DNA of 64,000 bases from an uncultured Clostridium sp. (GTDB lineage: Bacteria > Bacillota > Clostridia > TANB77 > CAG-508): the NCBI GenBank assembly GCA_964370905.1, contig CAYJKK010000004.1, positions 38,289 to 102,288 of the forward strand, read 5' to 3'. The notes under the pieces were generated by a model that was not told where the DNA came from, ran no database searches, and worked only from the letters and a program-made list of their open reading frames with translations. Both the position numbers and the translations under genes were made by a program. Positions within the stretch are counted from its first letter, which is position 1; every line of letters begins with the position of its first letter. Positions 47,670-58,052 of the stretch are shown here, piece by piece.

Positions 47670-48461
47670 ATGCCAGAAATGTATTTAGCTAAAATAGAAA
47701 ATAAAGAAATTTTAAAAGATGATATTATTAAGTTTACATTAGATGCTCCATCTATTGTAGAAAAATCAAGACAAGGTCAATTTATAGAAATTAGAGTTAC
47801 AGAAGGAACTGATCCTTTTTTAAGAAGACCTATTAGTATTCACAATATAAATAAGGAAGAAGGAACTTTAGATATAATATTCCAATTACGTGGTAAAGGA
47901 ACTAATATGATGTCTAAGTTAGAAGTAGGAGATAGTTTAGATATTATTGCTCCACTTGGAAATGGAACTTTTAATCATGAAAAAAGTAATAAGCTTGGAA
48001 TTATTGGTGGTGGTATAGGGATTTTTCCTTTATATGAACTTGCTAAAAATGCTATAAAGGATAATAAAGAAGTTAGAACTTATTTAGGGTTTAGAAATAA
48101 AGATTTAGTTATTTTAGAAGCGGATTTTAAAAGTGTTTCAACTGATTTAATTATTTCGACTGATGATGGTAGTTATGGAAGAGAAGGTTTTGCTATAAGC
48201 TTTTTAGAAGAGGATGTTAGAAGCGGAAATATAGATTCAATATATGCATGTGGTCCACTACCGATGCTAAAAGCTGTTAAAGATGTAGCAAATAAATATA
48301 ATATAGCATGCCAAATATCTTTAGAAGAAAAAATGGCTTGTGGTATGGGATTGTGTTTAGGATGCGCAGTTAAAGTAGCAAGTAGTACAGAGGATAATCC
48401 AGAATATGTTCATGTGTGTAAAGCAGGACCAGTATTTGATGCTAATTATGTAGAAATATAG
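47670..48461 (+). CDS. pyrK: Dihydroorotate dehydrogenase B electron-transfer subunit
   Basis: FAD/NAD-binding fold RRPISI. C-terminal 2Fe-2S cysteines CGMGLCLGC...C. Confidence 0.88.
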   Translation: MPEMYLAKIENKEILKDDIIKFTLDAPSIVEKSRQGQFIEIRVTEGTDPFLRRPISIHNINKEEGTLDIIFQLRGKGTNMMSKLEVGDSLDIIAPLGNGTFNHEKSNKLGIIGGGIGIFPLYELAKNAIKDNKEVRTYLGFRNKDLVILEADFKSVSTDLIISTDDGSYGREGFAISFLEEDVRSGNIDSIYACGPLPMLKAVKDVANKYNIACQISLEEKMACGMGLCLGCAVKVASSTEDNPEYVHVCKAGPVFDANYVEI

Positions 48462-48478
48462 TAAAAGGAGGAAATATA

Positions 48479-49390
48479 ATGAATACAGAAATAAATTTTG
48501 CAGGAATTAAAATGAAAAATCCAGTTATGGTAGCTTCAGGTACTTTTGGATACGGTAGAGAAATGAGCGAATTTTATGATTTGAGTAAACTAGGAGCAAT
48601 AATTACAAAAGGTACTTCATTAAAACCTAAGAGTGGAAATAAGCCATCTAGAGTTGTAGAAACAGCAAGTGGTATGTTAAATAGTATTGGTCTTCAAAAT
48701 CCCGGTGTAGAACATTTTGCTAAATATGATTTACCATTTTTAAGAAAATTTGATACGAAAATAATAGTTAATGCTTGTGGTAGTTCAGTAGAAGAATATG
48801 TAGAACTATGTAAGATATTAAATGAATTAGATATAGATGGTGTAGAGCTAAACGTGTCTTGCCCAAATGTAAAAGCTGGTTGTATGGCTTTTGGAAGTAC
48901 TATAGAAGGAGTTAAATTAGTTACAAGTGAAGTTAAAAAAGTGTTAACTAAAAAACCTTTAATAGTAAAATTAACACCAAATGTTACAGATATTGCAAGT
49001 ATTGCAAAAGCAGCAGAAGAAGCAGGAGCAGATGCTATATCACTTATAAATACATTACTTGGAATGAAAATAGATATAAATACAAGAAAACCAGTTTTAG
49101 CAAATAATACTGGAGGTTTATCAGGACCAGCTGTAAAACCAGTTGCAGTTAGAATGGTAAATCAAGTAGCAAATGCTGTTAGTATTCCAGTACTTGGAAT
49201 GGGTGGAATTTCAAATGGAGATGATGCTATAGAGTTTATGTTAGCTGGTGCAAATGCAGTGGCAATAGGAGCTGGAAATTTTATAAATCCTTATGCTCCA
49301 GTTATAACAAAAGTTGGTATTGAAAATTATATGGAAAAACATAAAATTGATGATATTAATAGTATTATAGGAACAGTTGAAATGAACTAG
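48479..49390 (+). CDS. pyrD: Dihydroorotate dehydrogenase B catalytic subunit
   Basis: NPVMVASGTFG, ELNVSCPN, GGLSGPAVKP. Confidence 0.92.
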   Translation: MNTEINFAGIKMKNPVMVASGTFGYGREMSEFYDLSKLGAIITKGTSLKPKSGNKPSRVVETASGMLNSIGLQNPGVEHFAKYDLPFLRKFDTKIIVNACGSSVEEYVELCKILNELDIDGVELNVSCPNVKAGCMAFGSTIEGVKLVTSEVKKVLTKKPLIVKLTPNVTDIASIAKAAEEAGADAISLINTLLGMKIDINTRKPVLANNTGGLSGPAVKPVAVRMVNQVANAVSIPVLGMGGISNGDDAIEFMLAGANAVAIGAGNFINPYAPVITKVGIENYMEKHKIDDINSIIGTVEMN

Positions 49391-49471
49391 AATATTTTTA
49401 TAAGTTATAACTGATAAAAATATAAAAAAAGATTAAAAAAAAGTTATATCTGTGGTAAATATATAAACTAA

Positions 49472-49500
49472 AAAAAGAATACAGTATTTGTATTCTTTTT
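49472..49500. terminator. Bidirectional terminator
   Basis: AAAAAGAATAC-agtattt-GTATTCTTTTT. Confidence 0.75.
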
Positions 49501-49516
49501 TAATATATTATTGTTA

Positions 49517-50137
49517 TTACTTATTTTCTTCATCAGAAACAGTATTTGTATCAGTAATTGTATCAATAACTTTAACTTCAGATTCAGTTTCAGTATTTGA
49601 ATTAGATTCTGCTGCTGATTCTTCTGTTTTAGGTTCTTCTCCATATGGTGTATATGTATAGTTTTTACAAAACCCAAGTATTGGATAAAATACATATGGT
49701 AAGAAATATAATCCAACTGCCATACCTGCTCCTTGATTAAAGCATTTAGCTACTCTATATGATATGAACCCTTGTAATACTGCAAAACAAATTGAGTATG
49801 CCATAGATACTAATGCATATATCATAGTGAAAAAGAACATATTCATTGAATTAACACTTGAGTAATATGAACTTGAGTAACTAGCAAATTCTAAAAAGAA
49901 ACTCATAATCGAAGCTATTATTGGTAATATAAATAGTAGTGCGTATAGTGGTGATAATTTAGATATTTTAAGTAATACCACATAGTTATATATTGGGATT
50001 AGTGAAGCCCAACCTGGGTAACCTGCTTTACTAAATACTTTCCACATACCAGCTATTTGAAAACCAGCTATAACAAAACTAATTACAAGTATAATTAATG
50101 CGAAAATAAGCATAAACATTCCAAATAAAAACGCCAT
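49517..50137 (-). CDS. DUF5684-like membrane protein with an acidic Ser/Thr/Glu tail
   Basis: MWKVFSKAGYPGWASLIPIYNYVVLLKI motif plus 4-5 TM helices. Confidence 0.6.
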   Translation of the reverse strand: MAFLFGMFMLIFALIILVISFVIAGFQIAGMWKVFSKAGYPGWASLIPIYNYVVLLKISKLSPLYALLFILPIIASIMSFFLEFASYSSSYYSSVNSMNMFFFTMIYALVSMAYSICFAVLQGFISYRVAKCFNQGAGMAVGLYFLPYVFYPILGFCKNYTYTPYGEEPKTEESAAESNSNTETESEVKVIDTITDTNTVSDEENK

Positions 50138-50349
50138 AATTTCCTCCTTTTTTATATATTAAACTAATATTAGTATAACATAAGTTATATAAAAAAACAA
50201 ACTAGAATGAAATAAAGAAAAAAATTAATATAACAATATAAATTATTAGTTATATTATTGTAATTTAATTGTGAAAATTATTGTATAAAAAAAAATGGTT
50301 TGATATAATGCAAACGTGAAATGAATATATTTTTTTAGGAGGAAATAAA

Positions 50350-50844
50350 ATGAGTGAAGAAAAATGTGCATGTGGATGTAATAAAAAAGATGAATTTTTA
50401 GAAAAGCTATTTAAGGAATACTTACCAGTAAAAGACAATATGATACAAATATTAAATGAGATTCAAGAATATTTCGGCTATGTGCCAAGTTATGTTATGC
50501 AAGAATTATCAGAATTTTTAAAAGTACCTATGGCAGAAATTTATGGAGTTGTTACATTTTATTCGAGATTTTCATTAGAACCAAAAGGAAAATATAATGT
50601 GGCAGTATGTATGGGAACAGCTTGTTATGTAAAAGGAGCTGGAAAAATGTTAGAAAGATTAGTAGAAAAGATAGGAATTAACCCAGGTCAAACAACAGAA
50701 GATGGTCTATTTTCTATAGAAGAAACAAGATGTGTTGGGGCATGTGGAATAGCACCAGTATTTACTGTAAATGGTGAAGTATATGGAAAAGGAACAGTTC
50801 AAAAATTAGATAATGTAATAGATGATTTAATTAAAAATAAATAG
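50350..50844 (+). CDS. hydC: NuoE-like [2Fe-2S] subunit of the NAD(P)-dependent [FeFe] hydrogenase
   Basis: Thioredoxin-like 2Fe-2S pattern CMGTAC...CVGACGIAP. Confidence 0.85.
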   Translation: MSEEKCACGCNKKDEFLEKLFKEYLPVKDNMIQILNEIQEYFGYVPSYVMQELSEFLKVPMAEIYGVVTFYSRFSLEPKGKYNVAVCMGTACYVKGAGKMLERLVEKIGINPGQTTEDGLFSIEETRCVGACGIAPVFTVNGEVYGKGTVQKLDNVIDDLIKNK

Positions 50845-50858
50845 AAAGAGGAGATTCT

Positions 50859-52712
50859 ATGTTAGATAAGATTAGAAAAATAAGGGAAACAAAGAAAAAA
50901 GAATTAGACTTACGTATTAATACTAAAGCTGATACTAGAGAAAAACATATTCTAATATGTCATGGTACTGGATGTACATCTTCAAAATCAGATAAAATAC
51001 TAGAAAATTTTAATCAAATAATAAAAGAAAAAGAACTACAAAATGTAAGAGTTATAAAAACAGGTTGTTTTGGATTATGTGCTAAAGGTCCAATAGTAAT
51101 AATTAGACCAGAAGATACATTTTATGCTATGGTATCTCCTGAAGATTGTGAAGAAATAATTACTACTCACATAATAGAAGGTAATAAAGTAGAAAGACTA
51201 TTATGTAAAGATATCGATGGAACAAAGGTAAATAGTTTAGATGAATTAAGTTTCTATAAAAAACAAAAACGTATTACTTTAAAAAACTGTGGGTTAATTA
51301 ATCCAGAAGAAATAGATGAATATATTGCTTTTGATGGATATGTAGCATTAGAAAAAGTACTTAAAAAAATGTCTCAAGAAGAAGTTATAAACACTATAAA
51401 AGAATCAGGACTAAGAGGTCGTGGTGGAGCAGGTTTCCCAACAGGAATGAAATGGGAATTTACTAAAAAAGAACTAGATGAACAAAAATATGTAGTATGT
51501 AATGCAGATGAAGGAGATCCAGGTGCTTTTATGGATAGAAGTATTTTAGAAGGAGATCCACACTCTGTTTTAGAGGCTATGACAATTGCAGCATATGCGA
51601 TAGGTGCAAACAAAGGATATATATATGTAAGGGCAGAATATCCAATAGCAGTAGAAAGATTAAAAATAGCAATAAATCAAGCAAAAGAATATAAATTACT
51701 AGGTGAAGATATATTTGATTCAGGTTTTAATTTTGATATAGAAATAAGACTTGGAGCTGGAGCATTTGTTTGTGGAGAAGAAACAGCCTTATTAGAATCA
51801 ATTGAAGGTAGAAGAGGACAACCAAGACAAAAACCACCTTTTCCAGCACAAAAAGGATTATGGGGAAAACCAACATTAATTAATAATGTTGAAACATTTG
51901 CAAATATAGCACAAATAATAATAAATGGAGCTAACTGGTATTCTTCTATTGGAACAGAAAAATCGAAAGGAACAAAAGTATTTGCATTAGGTGGAAATGT
52001 AAATAATATAGGTTTAGTTGAAGTACCTATGGGAACAACTTTAAGAGAAATAGTATTTGAAATAGGTGGAGGAATACCAAATAAAAGAGAATTTAAAGCT
52101 GCACAAACTGGAGGACCTTCAGGAGGATGTATACCAGTAGAACATCTAGATACACCAATAGATTATGAATCACTAAAAGAAATTGGATCTATGATGGGTT
52201 CAGGTGGATTGATAATTATGGATGATACAAAATGTATGGTAGGATTATCTAAATTTTATTTAGATTTTACAGTAAGTGAGAGTTGTGGAAAATGTACACC
52301 TTGTAGAATAGGTACAAAAAGAATGCACGAAATATTAGAAAAATTATGTGATGGTAAAGGTGAAGAAGCAGATATATATAAATTAGAAAAATTATCAATA
52401 AATATTCAGAAATCAAGTATTTGTGGATTGGGTCAAACAGCTCCAAACCCTGTTCTTAGTTCAATAAAATATTTTAGAGATGAATTTATGAAGCATGCTG
52501 TAGATAAAACTTGCCCAGCACTTGAATGTAAGGCTTTATCTAAAATAGTTATATCAGAAGAAAAATGTAAAGGTTGTAGCTTATGTCAAAAAACTTGTCC
52601 TGTTGATGCAATAGAAGGAGTTGGTAGAGACATAAGAGTTATAAATCAAGAAAAATGTATTAAATGCGGAACTTGTATACCAAGTTGTCCATTTAAAGCA
52701 ATCGGAAACTAG
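50859..52712 (+). CDS. hydB: NuoF-like flavoprotein subunit (FMN/NADH binding, Fe-S) of the [FeFe] hydrogenase
   Basis: GLRGRGGAGFPTG, ESCGKCTPCR, two C-terminal CxxCxxCxxxCP ferredoxin motifs. Confidence 0.88.
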   Translation: MLDKIRKIRETKKKELDLRINTKADTREKHILICHGTGCTSSKSDKILENFNQIIKEKELQNVRVIKTGCFGLCAKGPIVIIRPEDTFYAMVSPEDCEEIITTHIIEGNKVERLLCKDIDGTKVNSLDELSFYKKQKRITLKNCGLINPEEIDEYIAFDGYVALEKVLKKMSQEEVINTIKESGLRGRGGAGFPTGMKWEFTKKELDEQKYVVCNADEGDPGAFMDRSILEGDPHSVLEAMTIAAYAIGANKGYIYVRAEYPIAVERLKIAINQAKEYKLLGEDIFDSGFNFDIEIRLGAGAFVCGEETALLESIEGRRGQPRQKPPFPAQKGLWGKPTLINNVETFANIAQIIINGANWYSSIGTEKSKGTKVFALGGNVNNIGLVEVPMGTTLREIVFEIGGGIPNKREFKAAQTGGPSGGCIPVEHLDTPIDYESLKEIGSMMGSGGLIIMDDTKCMVGLSKFYLDFTVSESCGKCTPCRIGTKRMHEILEKLCDGKGEEADIYKLEKLSINIQKSSICGLGQTAPNPVLSSIKYFRDEFMKHAVDKTCPALECKALSKIVISEEKCKGCSLCQKTCPVDAIEGVGRDIRVINQEKCIKCGTCIPSCPFKAIGN

Positions 52713-52721
52713 GAGGTAAAA

Positions 52722-54479
52722 ATGGATAAAAAATTAATTACATTAACAATTGATGGAGAAAAAATAACAGTAGAAGAAGGAACTACAGTCTTAGAAGCAG
52801 CTAGAAGAGCCGGAATAGAAATACCAACATTATGTTTTTTAAAAGATGTAAATGAACTAGGAGATTGTAGGATGTGTATTGTCGAAATAGAAGGTAGACG
52901 AGGATTTAGTACATCTTGTAATCAAAAAGTAGAAGAAAATATGATAGTACATACAAAAAATGATAATGTTTTAGAATCAAGATCAGTTATATTGGATTTA
53001 ATAATATCTAATCACAAACAAGATTGTTTAACATGTATTAGATCTGGTAATTGTGAATTACAAGAATTGACTAAAAAATTAAATGTAAATACAATTGAAT
53101 TTGATGGAGAAAAGAAAGAATATTTAGTAGACGATTTTTCACCATCAATAGTTAGAGATTTTACTAAATGTGTATTATGTAGAAGATGTGTTTCTACTTG
53201 TAAAAATATTCAAAAAGTTGGATCAATTGAATGTATAAATAGAGGATTTGATTCTTGTATATCTACAGTTGGAGATATGAGTTTAAATGATGTTAATTGT
53301 ACTTTTTGTGGTCAGTGTATACAAAATTGTCCTACAGGAGCACTTCATGAAAAAGAAACAACAAAAGAAGTTTGGAATAGTCTTAAAAATCCAGATAAAT
53401 ATGTAGTAGTACAAACAGCTCCGTCAGTAAGAGCGGCACTAGGTGAAGAGTTTGGAATGGAAATAGGAACTAATGTAACAGGAAAAATGGTAGCAGCACT
53501 TAAAAAGTTAGGATTTGATAAAGTATTTGATACAAATACAGGAGCAGATTTTACAATAATGGAAGAAGCAAATGAGTTTGTAGAAAGAGTTACAAAAGGT
53601 GGAGTATTACCAATGATTACATCTTGTAGTCCAGGCTGGGTAAGATACATAGAAATGAATTATCCAGAATTATTACCACATTTATCTAGTTGTAAATCAC
53701 CACATCAAATGTTTGGAGCAGTATTAAAAACATATTATGCAGAAAAAGAAAATATAGATCCGAGTAAAATATATGTAGTTTCTGTTATGCCATGTATATC
53801 TAAAAAGTTCGAAAGTGTAAGACCTGAAATGGAAGTAAATGGCTTACGAGATGTAGATAATGTTATTACTACTCGTGAACTTGCAAGAATGATAAAACAA
53901 GCAAATATAGAATTTATAGATCTGCTAGATGAAGAGTTTGATAATCCTATGGGTGAGGCAACTGGAGCAGCTGCAATATTTGGTACAACAGGAGGAGTAA
54001 TGGAAGCAGCACTTAGAACAGCTCAAGATACATTAACAGGGCAAAGTCTAGATAAAATTGACTTTACAGATGTTAGAGGAGGAGAAGGAATAAAAAGAGC
54101 TGATGTAAATATAGCTGGTAATGAATTAAGTGTAAGAGTTGCAAGTGGTCTTGGAAATGCTCAAAAAATATTAGAAGAAATTAAATCAGGAAAGGCAGAT
54201 TTCCAATTTGTAGAAATTATGGCATGTCCTGGAGGATGTATTATGGGTGGAGGTCAACCAATTAAAAGTTCTAAAATAAGACAAAATATTGATGTTAGAA
54301 GTTTACGTGCAAATTGCTTATATTCAATCGATGAAAAAAGCACAGTTAGAAAATCTCATGAAAATCCAGTTATTAAAAAAATATATGCAGAATATTTAGA
54401 AAAACCTGGTTCTCATAAAGCACATGAATTATTGCATACTCATTATGCAATAAGAGAGAAATATAAGATAGAAAAATAG
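52722..54479 (+). CDS. hydA: [FeFe] hydrogenase catalytic subunit
   Basis: N-terminal 2Fe-2S and ferredoxin domains. H-cluster motifs TSCSPGW, MPCISKK, MACPGGC. Confidence 0.9.
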   Translation: MDKKLITLTIDGEKITVEEGTTVLEAARRAGIEIPTLCFLKDVNELGDCRMCIVEIEGRRGFSTSCNQKVEENMIVHTKNDNVLESRSVILDLIISNHKQDCLTCIRSGNCELQELTKKLNVNTIEFDGEKKEYLVDDFSPSIVRDFTKCVLCRRCVSTCKNIQKVGSIECINRGFDSCISTVGDMSLNDVNCTFCGQCIQNCPTGALHEKETTKEVWNSLKNPDKYVVVQTAPSVRAALGEEFGMEIGTNVTGKMVAALKKLGFDKVFDTNTGADFTIMEEANEFVERVTKGGVLPMITSCSPGWVRYIEMNYPELLPHLSSCKSPHQMFGAVLKTYYAEKENIDPSKIYVVSVMPCISKKFESVRPEMEVNGLRDVDNVITTRELARMIKQANIEFIDLLDEEFDNPMGEATGAAAIFGTTGGVMEAALRTAQDTLTGQSLDKIDFTDVRGGEGIKRADVNIAGNELSVRVASGLGNAQKILEEIKSGKADFQFVEIMACPGGCIMGGGQPIKSSKIRQNIDVRSLRANCLYSIDEKSTVRKSHENPVIKKIYAEYLEKPGSHKAHELLHTHYAIREKYKIEK

Positions 54480-54490
54480 CAAAAAATGTA

Positions 54491-54523
54491 GAAAGATTTT
54501 ATTATAAAGTCTTTCTTTTTTTA
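54491..54523 (+). terminator. Intrinsic terminator after hydA
   Basis: 12-bp stem AGAAAGATTTTA / TAAAGTCTTTCT followed by a T run. Confidence 0.75.
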
Positions 54524-54595
54524 TAAAAAAACCTTGTAAAAAAAGTACTGTTATGATAAATTAAACTAAAGAAAAATAAAAGGAGAAAGTTGAAA

Positions 54596-56158
54596 ATGTT
54601 TAATATACAAAAGGTAAAAAGTCATATTAAATTAAGGAATGCAAAGGAGTTAAATGCAGAAAAAGGAATAACATTAATTTCTTTAGTATTAACTATAATA
54701 ATATTATTAATCTTAGCAACAATTACAATGTCTATGATATTATCTGATACAGGGATTTTAGGACAAGCTCAAAATGCAGAATTTTTAACTGAATATGCTT
54801 CATATAAAGAAGCAATGGATTTAATAGAGGGAGAAGATGTTTTAGAAGAACATCTAGAAGAAAGTGAAGATCCAGAAACATCATTAACATATAACATAAT
54901 ACGAGGTACAAGGCTACCTGAAATATTACCAAATGTAGAACAAGAAGTGATGGATAAAATAATTAAAATAGATGGAGAACTCATATATATCACAGATGAA
55001 TTTAATGAAAATACAAAAGATTTACAGAGCATTGGCTATAGGATTGTTGCTAAAAAAGATATAGAATATATGATAGAGCTACAAATGATAGAAAATTTAG
55101 TAGAACTATCAAATAAATATGACTATTTAGAAATAGGAAAACAAGTAGAAACAATAGCATATCCAGATACAGTATATATCGTAGGACTTGCATTTGGTGA
55201 TGGATGGAATGTATTAGGAGATGGGGATGAAAATGGCGATAACACTAATATATTAAAAGAGATAGAAGAATTAGATAAATTTATTTTAACAGAAGAAGAA
55301 AAATCATATTTGAAAAATAGTCCGTATGTTGTTAGTTACGAAACAAATGATTATGTACTGAGTATTGATGGAAAACAAACAAGTACTCAAGAAACTGAGA
55401 ATGATTATACATATTCATATAATTATCCTATTCCAATAGGTTACATATCAAATAATATTTATGCTGCAGTAACAGAAAAAGCTGATAAGACTGAAGAAAA
55501 TTATGGGGAATTTGAAGAAGTTAATAAAGAAGAAGTAATAGAATATACTGAAGATAAGTATGGTAATATTGGTTTTGTTGCAAATGGCAATCCAGTTGCT
55601 ATGCCATTACAAGATAGTGAAGTTAATATTAATGAACAATATACTTTAAGTGTTTTAATAGAAGGAACTACAAATCAAAAAACTACTAGTGGCACTGGCT
55701 CAACAGTGTATTATCCAGATGGCAAAAGATATTATGGCGCAACAGTAATAGCTATATCAAGTGGAATGGAAAAATATACAGCCTGGATTAGCATGGCAGA
55801 AGGATATTTAAGAGTATATGTATATTCAACTATAAATATATCTAAAGGATTTACATATGTAGATGTAAGTGAATTTGATAATAAATATATGCATATTGTT
55901 ATAACTGCTCAAAAAGGAAGAGATGCTAATTTATATATAAATGGAAGTCTAAAATCTACTTTTGCAATAGACAATTATACATTTAATAATACTGAAATAA
56001 CATTAGGTGATTTAAGACCAGGTAGAGGACTATTCTATAACGGAAATATATATGATGTACTTGTATATGATAGGGTGCTAACAAAAAATGAAATAGACTA
56101 TACTTGGAATTATGTAAAAAGACAGTACAACATAGATGAAACAGGAACTCAATATTAA
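54596..56158 (+). CDS. Pilin-like N-terminal anchor fused to a C-terminal LamG/concanavalin-like domain
   Basis: KGITLISLVLTIIILLILATIT prepilin-like segment (no Glu at +5). C-terminal LamG-type motif GDLRPGRGLFYNGNIYDVLVYDRVLTKNEI. Confidence 0.65.
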   Translation: MFNIQKVKSHIKLRNAKELNAEKGITLISLVLTIIILLILATITMSMILSDTGILGQAQNAEFLTEYASYKEAMDLIEGEDVLEEHLEESEDPETSLTYNIIRGTRLPEILPNVEQEVMDKIIKIDGELIYITDEFNENTKDLQSIGYRIVAKKDIEYMIELQMIENLVELSNKYDYLEIGKQVETIAYPDTVYIVGLAFGDGWNVLGDGDENGDNTNILKEIEELDKFILTEEEKSYLKNSPYVVSYETNDYVLSIDGKQTSTQETENDYTYSYNYPIPIGYISNNIYAAVTEKADKTEENYGEFEEVNKEEVIEYTEDKYGNIGFVANGNPVAMPLQDSEVNINEQYTLSVLIEGTTNQKTTSGTGSTVYYPDGKRYYGATVIAISSGMEKYTAWISMAEGYLRVYVYSTINISKGFTYVDVSEFDNKYMHIVITAQKGRDANLYINGSLKSTFAIDNYTFNNTEITLGDLRPGRGLFYNGNIYDVLVYDRVLTKNEIDYTWNYVKRQYNIDETGTQY

Positions 56159-56188
56159 ATATCAAAAAATATACAAAGTAACAAATAT

Positions 56189-56219
56189 AGAACAAAGAGA
56201 GCATAGCTTACTTTGTTCT
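56189..56219. terminator. Hairpin between convergent transcription units
   Basis: AGAACAAAG, 13 nt, CTTTGTTCT. Weak T tract. Confidence 0.4.
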
Positions 56220-56578
56220 ATTAGCTTTAAATTATTTTAACTAAATTTACGTTTATTTAGTTATTTTTAGGACATTTTTCATTTTTATTAGTATTGTTGT
56301 TATTATTGTTTTTATTTTCCTTATTTTTCTTACTCATATAAACACCTCCAAAATAATTGATAAATATATTTTCCACCAAAATAAATAAAATATACTAAAA
56401 TTAATAAAATAAAATTTAAAAAATGAAAAATGTAAAAGAAAATAAACAAAAATTAATAAAAATTTGATTTTTATTTTTCTTTGCTATATAATGTAAAAAA
56501 ATTAGTAACTAATAGTAAATATTTATAAAATATTAATAAAACATAAAAAAAATAATAACATATAATAAGGTGGGGAAA

Positions 56579-57982
56579 ATGGAATTTAAAAACAAAAAAT
56601 TAAAAGAATTTGAAGAATATATAAGATATAGAAAAATAGCACTAATTGGATTAGGTGTTAGTAATCAGCCATTAATAGAATACCTATATAATAAAAAAGC
56701 AAGAGTAACAATATTTGATGAAAGAAACATAGAAGATATAAGCCCAGATATAGTAAAAAAAATAGAAGCATATGATTTTGAAATGATATTAGGAACAAGT
56801 TGTTTAAATGACTTAGTAGGATTTGATATGATATTTAGATCACCAAGTTGCTTGCCAACTAGAAAAGAACTTGTATTAGAAAAAGAAAGAGGAGCAATAA
56901 TTACAACAGAAGTAGAAATGTTTATGGAAATGTGCCCTTGTAAAATAATAGGTATAACTGGAAGTGAAGGAAAAACAACTACTACAACATTAATATCAGA
57001 AATATTAAAAAAATCAGGTAAAAAAGTATATTTAGGTGGAAATATAGGTATACCGTTATTTACTAAACTCTCAGAAATTATGCCAGAAGATATTGTAGCA
57101 TTAGAACTTAGCAGTTTTCAATTAATGGAAATGGAAATAAGCCCAGATATTGCAATAATTACAAATATAACACCAAATCATTTAAATATACATAAAGATT
57201 ATACAGAATATATAGAAGCTAAAAAGAATATATTTAAACATCAAAATTCAGATGGAATTGTTATTTTAAATTATGATAACGAAATAACAAGACAATGTGG
57301 AAATGAAGTAAATTCAAAAGTTATATACTATAGCTCTGAATTTAAATTAGAAACAGGATATATTGTAGATAATAGTGTAATTAAATATTCAGAAGATGGT
57401 GTTAGAAGACATATATTAAATACTAATGAAATTGTTTTAAAAGGAAAACACAATTATGAAAATATAGCTGCAGCTATTGCTGCTACAAGTCCTTTTATTT
57501 CAGAAGAAAAACAAATTGAAGTAATAAAAAATATTACTCCTGTTGAACATAGATTAGAATTTGTAAGAGAAATTGATGGAGTTAAATGGTATAATGATTC
57601 AGCTAGTTCAAGTCCTACAAGAACAATAGCAGGTCTTGAAGCCTTTGACGAAAATATAACATTAATTGCTGGTGGATATGATAAAAATCTAGACTATATG
57701 CCAATTGCAAAGCCAATAATTAAAAACGTTAAGAATTTAATCTTATTTGGCCAAACATCTAAAAAGATTTTAGATGCTGTTAAAAATGAATTAGAAAGTA
57801 AAGAATTAGATCTAGAAATCTCTATTTGCTATTCATTAGAAGAAACAGTAAATGTTGCTAAAAAATTAACATCTCCAGGTGAAATAGTCCTATTTTCTCC
57901 AGCTAGTGCAAGTTTTGATATGTTTAAAGATTTTGCAGATAGAGGTAGAAAATTTAAAGATTTTGTAAAAACTTTGAATTAA
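56579..57982 (+). CDS. murD: UDP-N-acetylmuramoylalanine--D-glutamate ligase
   Basis: GITGSEGKTTTT, NITPNHLNIH. RBS AAGGTGG before the ATG at 56579. Confidence 0.9.
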   Translation: MEFKNKKLKEFEEYIRYRKIALIGLGVSNQPLIEYLYNKKARVTIFDERNIEDISPDIVKKIEAYDFEMILGTSCLNDLVGFDMIFRSPSCLPTRKELVLEKERGAIITTEVEMFMEMCPCKIIGITGSEGKTTTTTLISEILKKSGKKVYLGGNIGIPLFTKLSEIMPEDIVALELSSFQLMEMEISPDIAIITNITPNHLNIHKDYTEYIEAKKNIFKHQNSDGIVILNYDNEITRQCGNEVNSKVIYYSSEFKLETGYIVDNSVIKYSEDGVRRHILNTNEIVLKGKHNYENIAAAIAATSPFISEEKQIEVIKNITPVEHRLEFVREIDGVKWYNDSASSSPTRTIAGLEAFDENITLIAGGYDKNLDYMPIAKPIIKNVKNLILFGQTSKKILDAVKNELESKELDLEISICYSLEETVNVAKKLTSPGEIVLFSPASASFDMFKDFADRGRKFKDFVKTLN

Positions 57983-58052
57983 ATTATAGATATTGTTATA
58001 ACAATATATTAAAACCTTCATATAATATATAAAATATTAAGGAGGTTTTTTT

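Noticed and set aside
57987-58004. 18-nt perfect palindrome ATATTGTTATAACAATAT after murD as a terminator
   Set aside because: No loop and no following T tract. It could be a protein-binding palindrome, but there is nothing to support a call.
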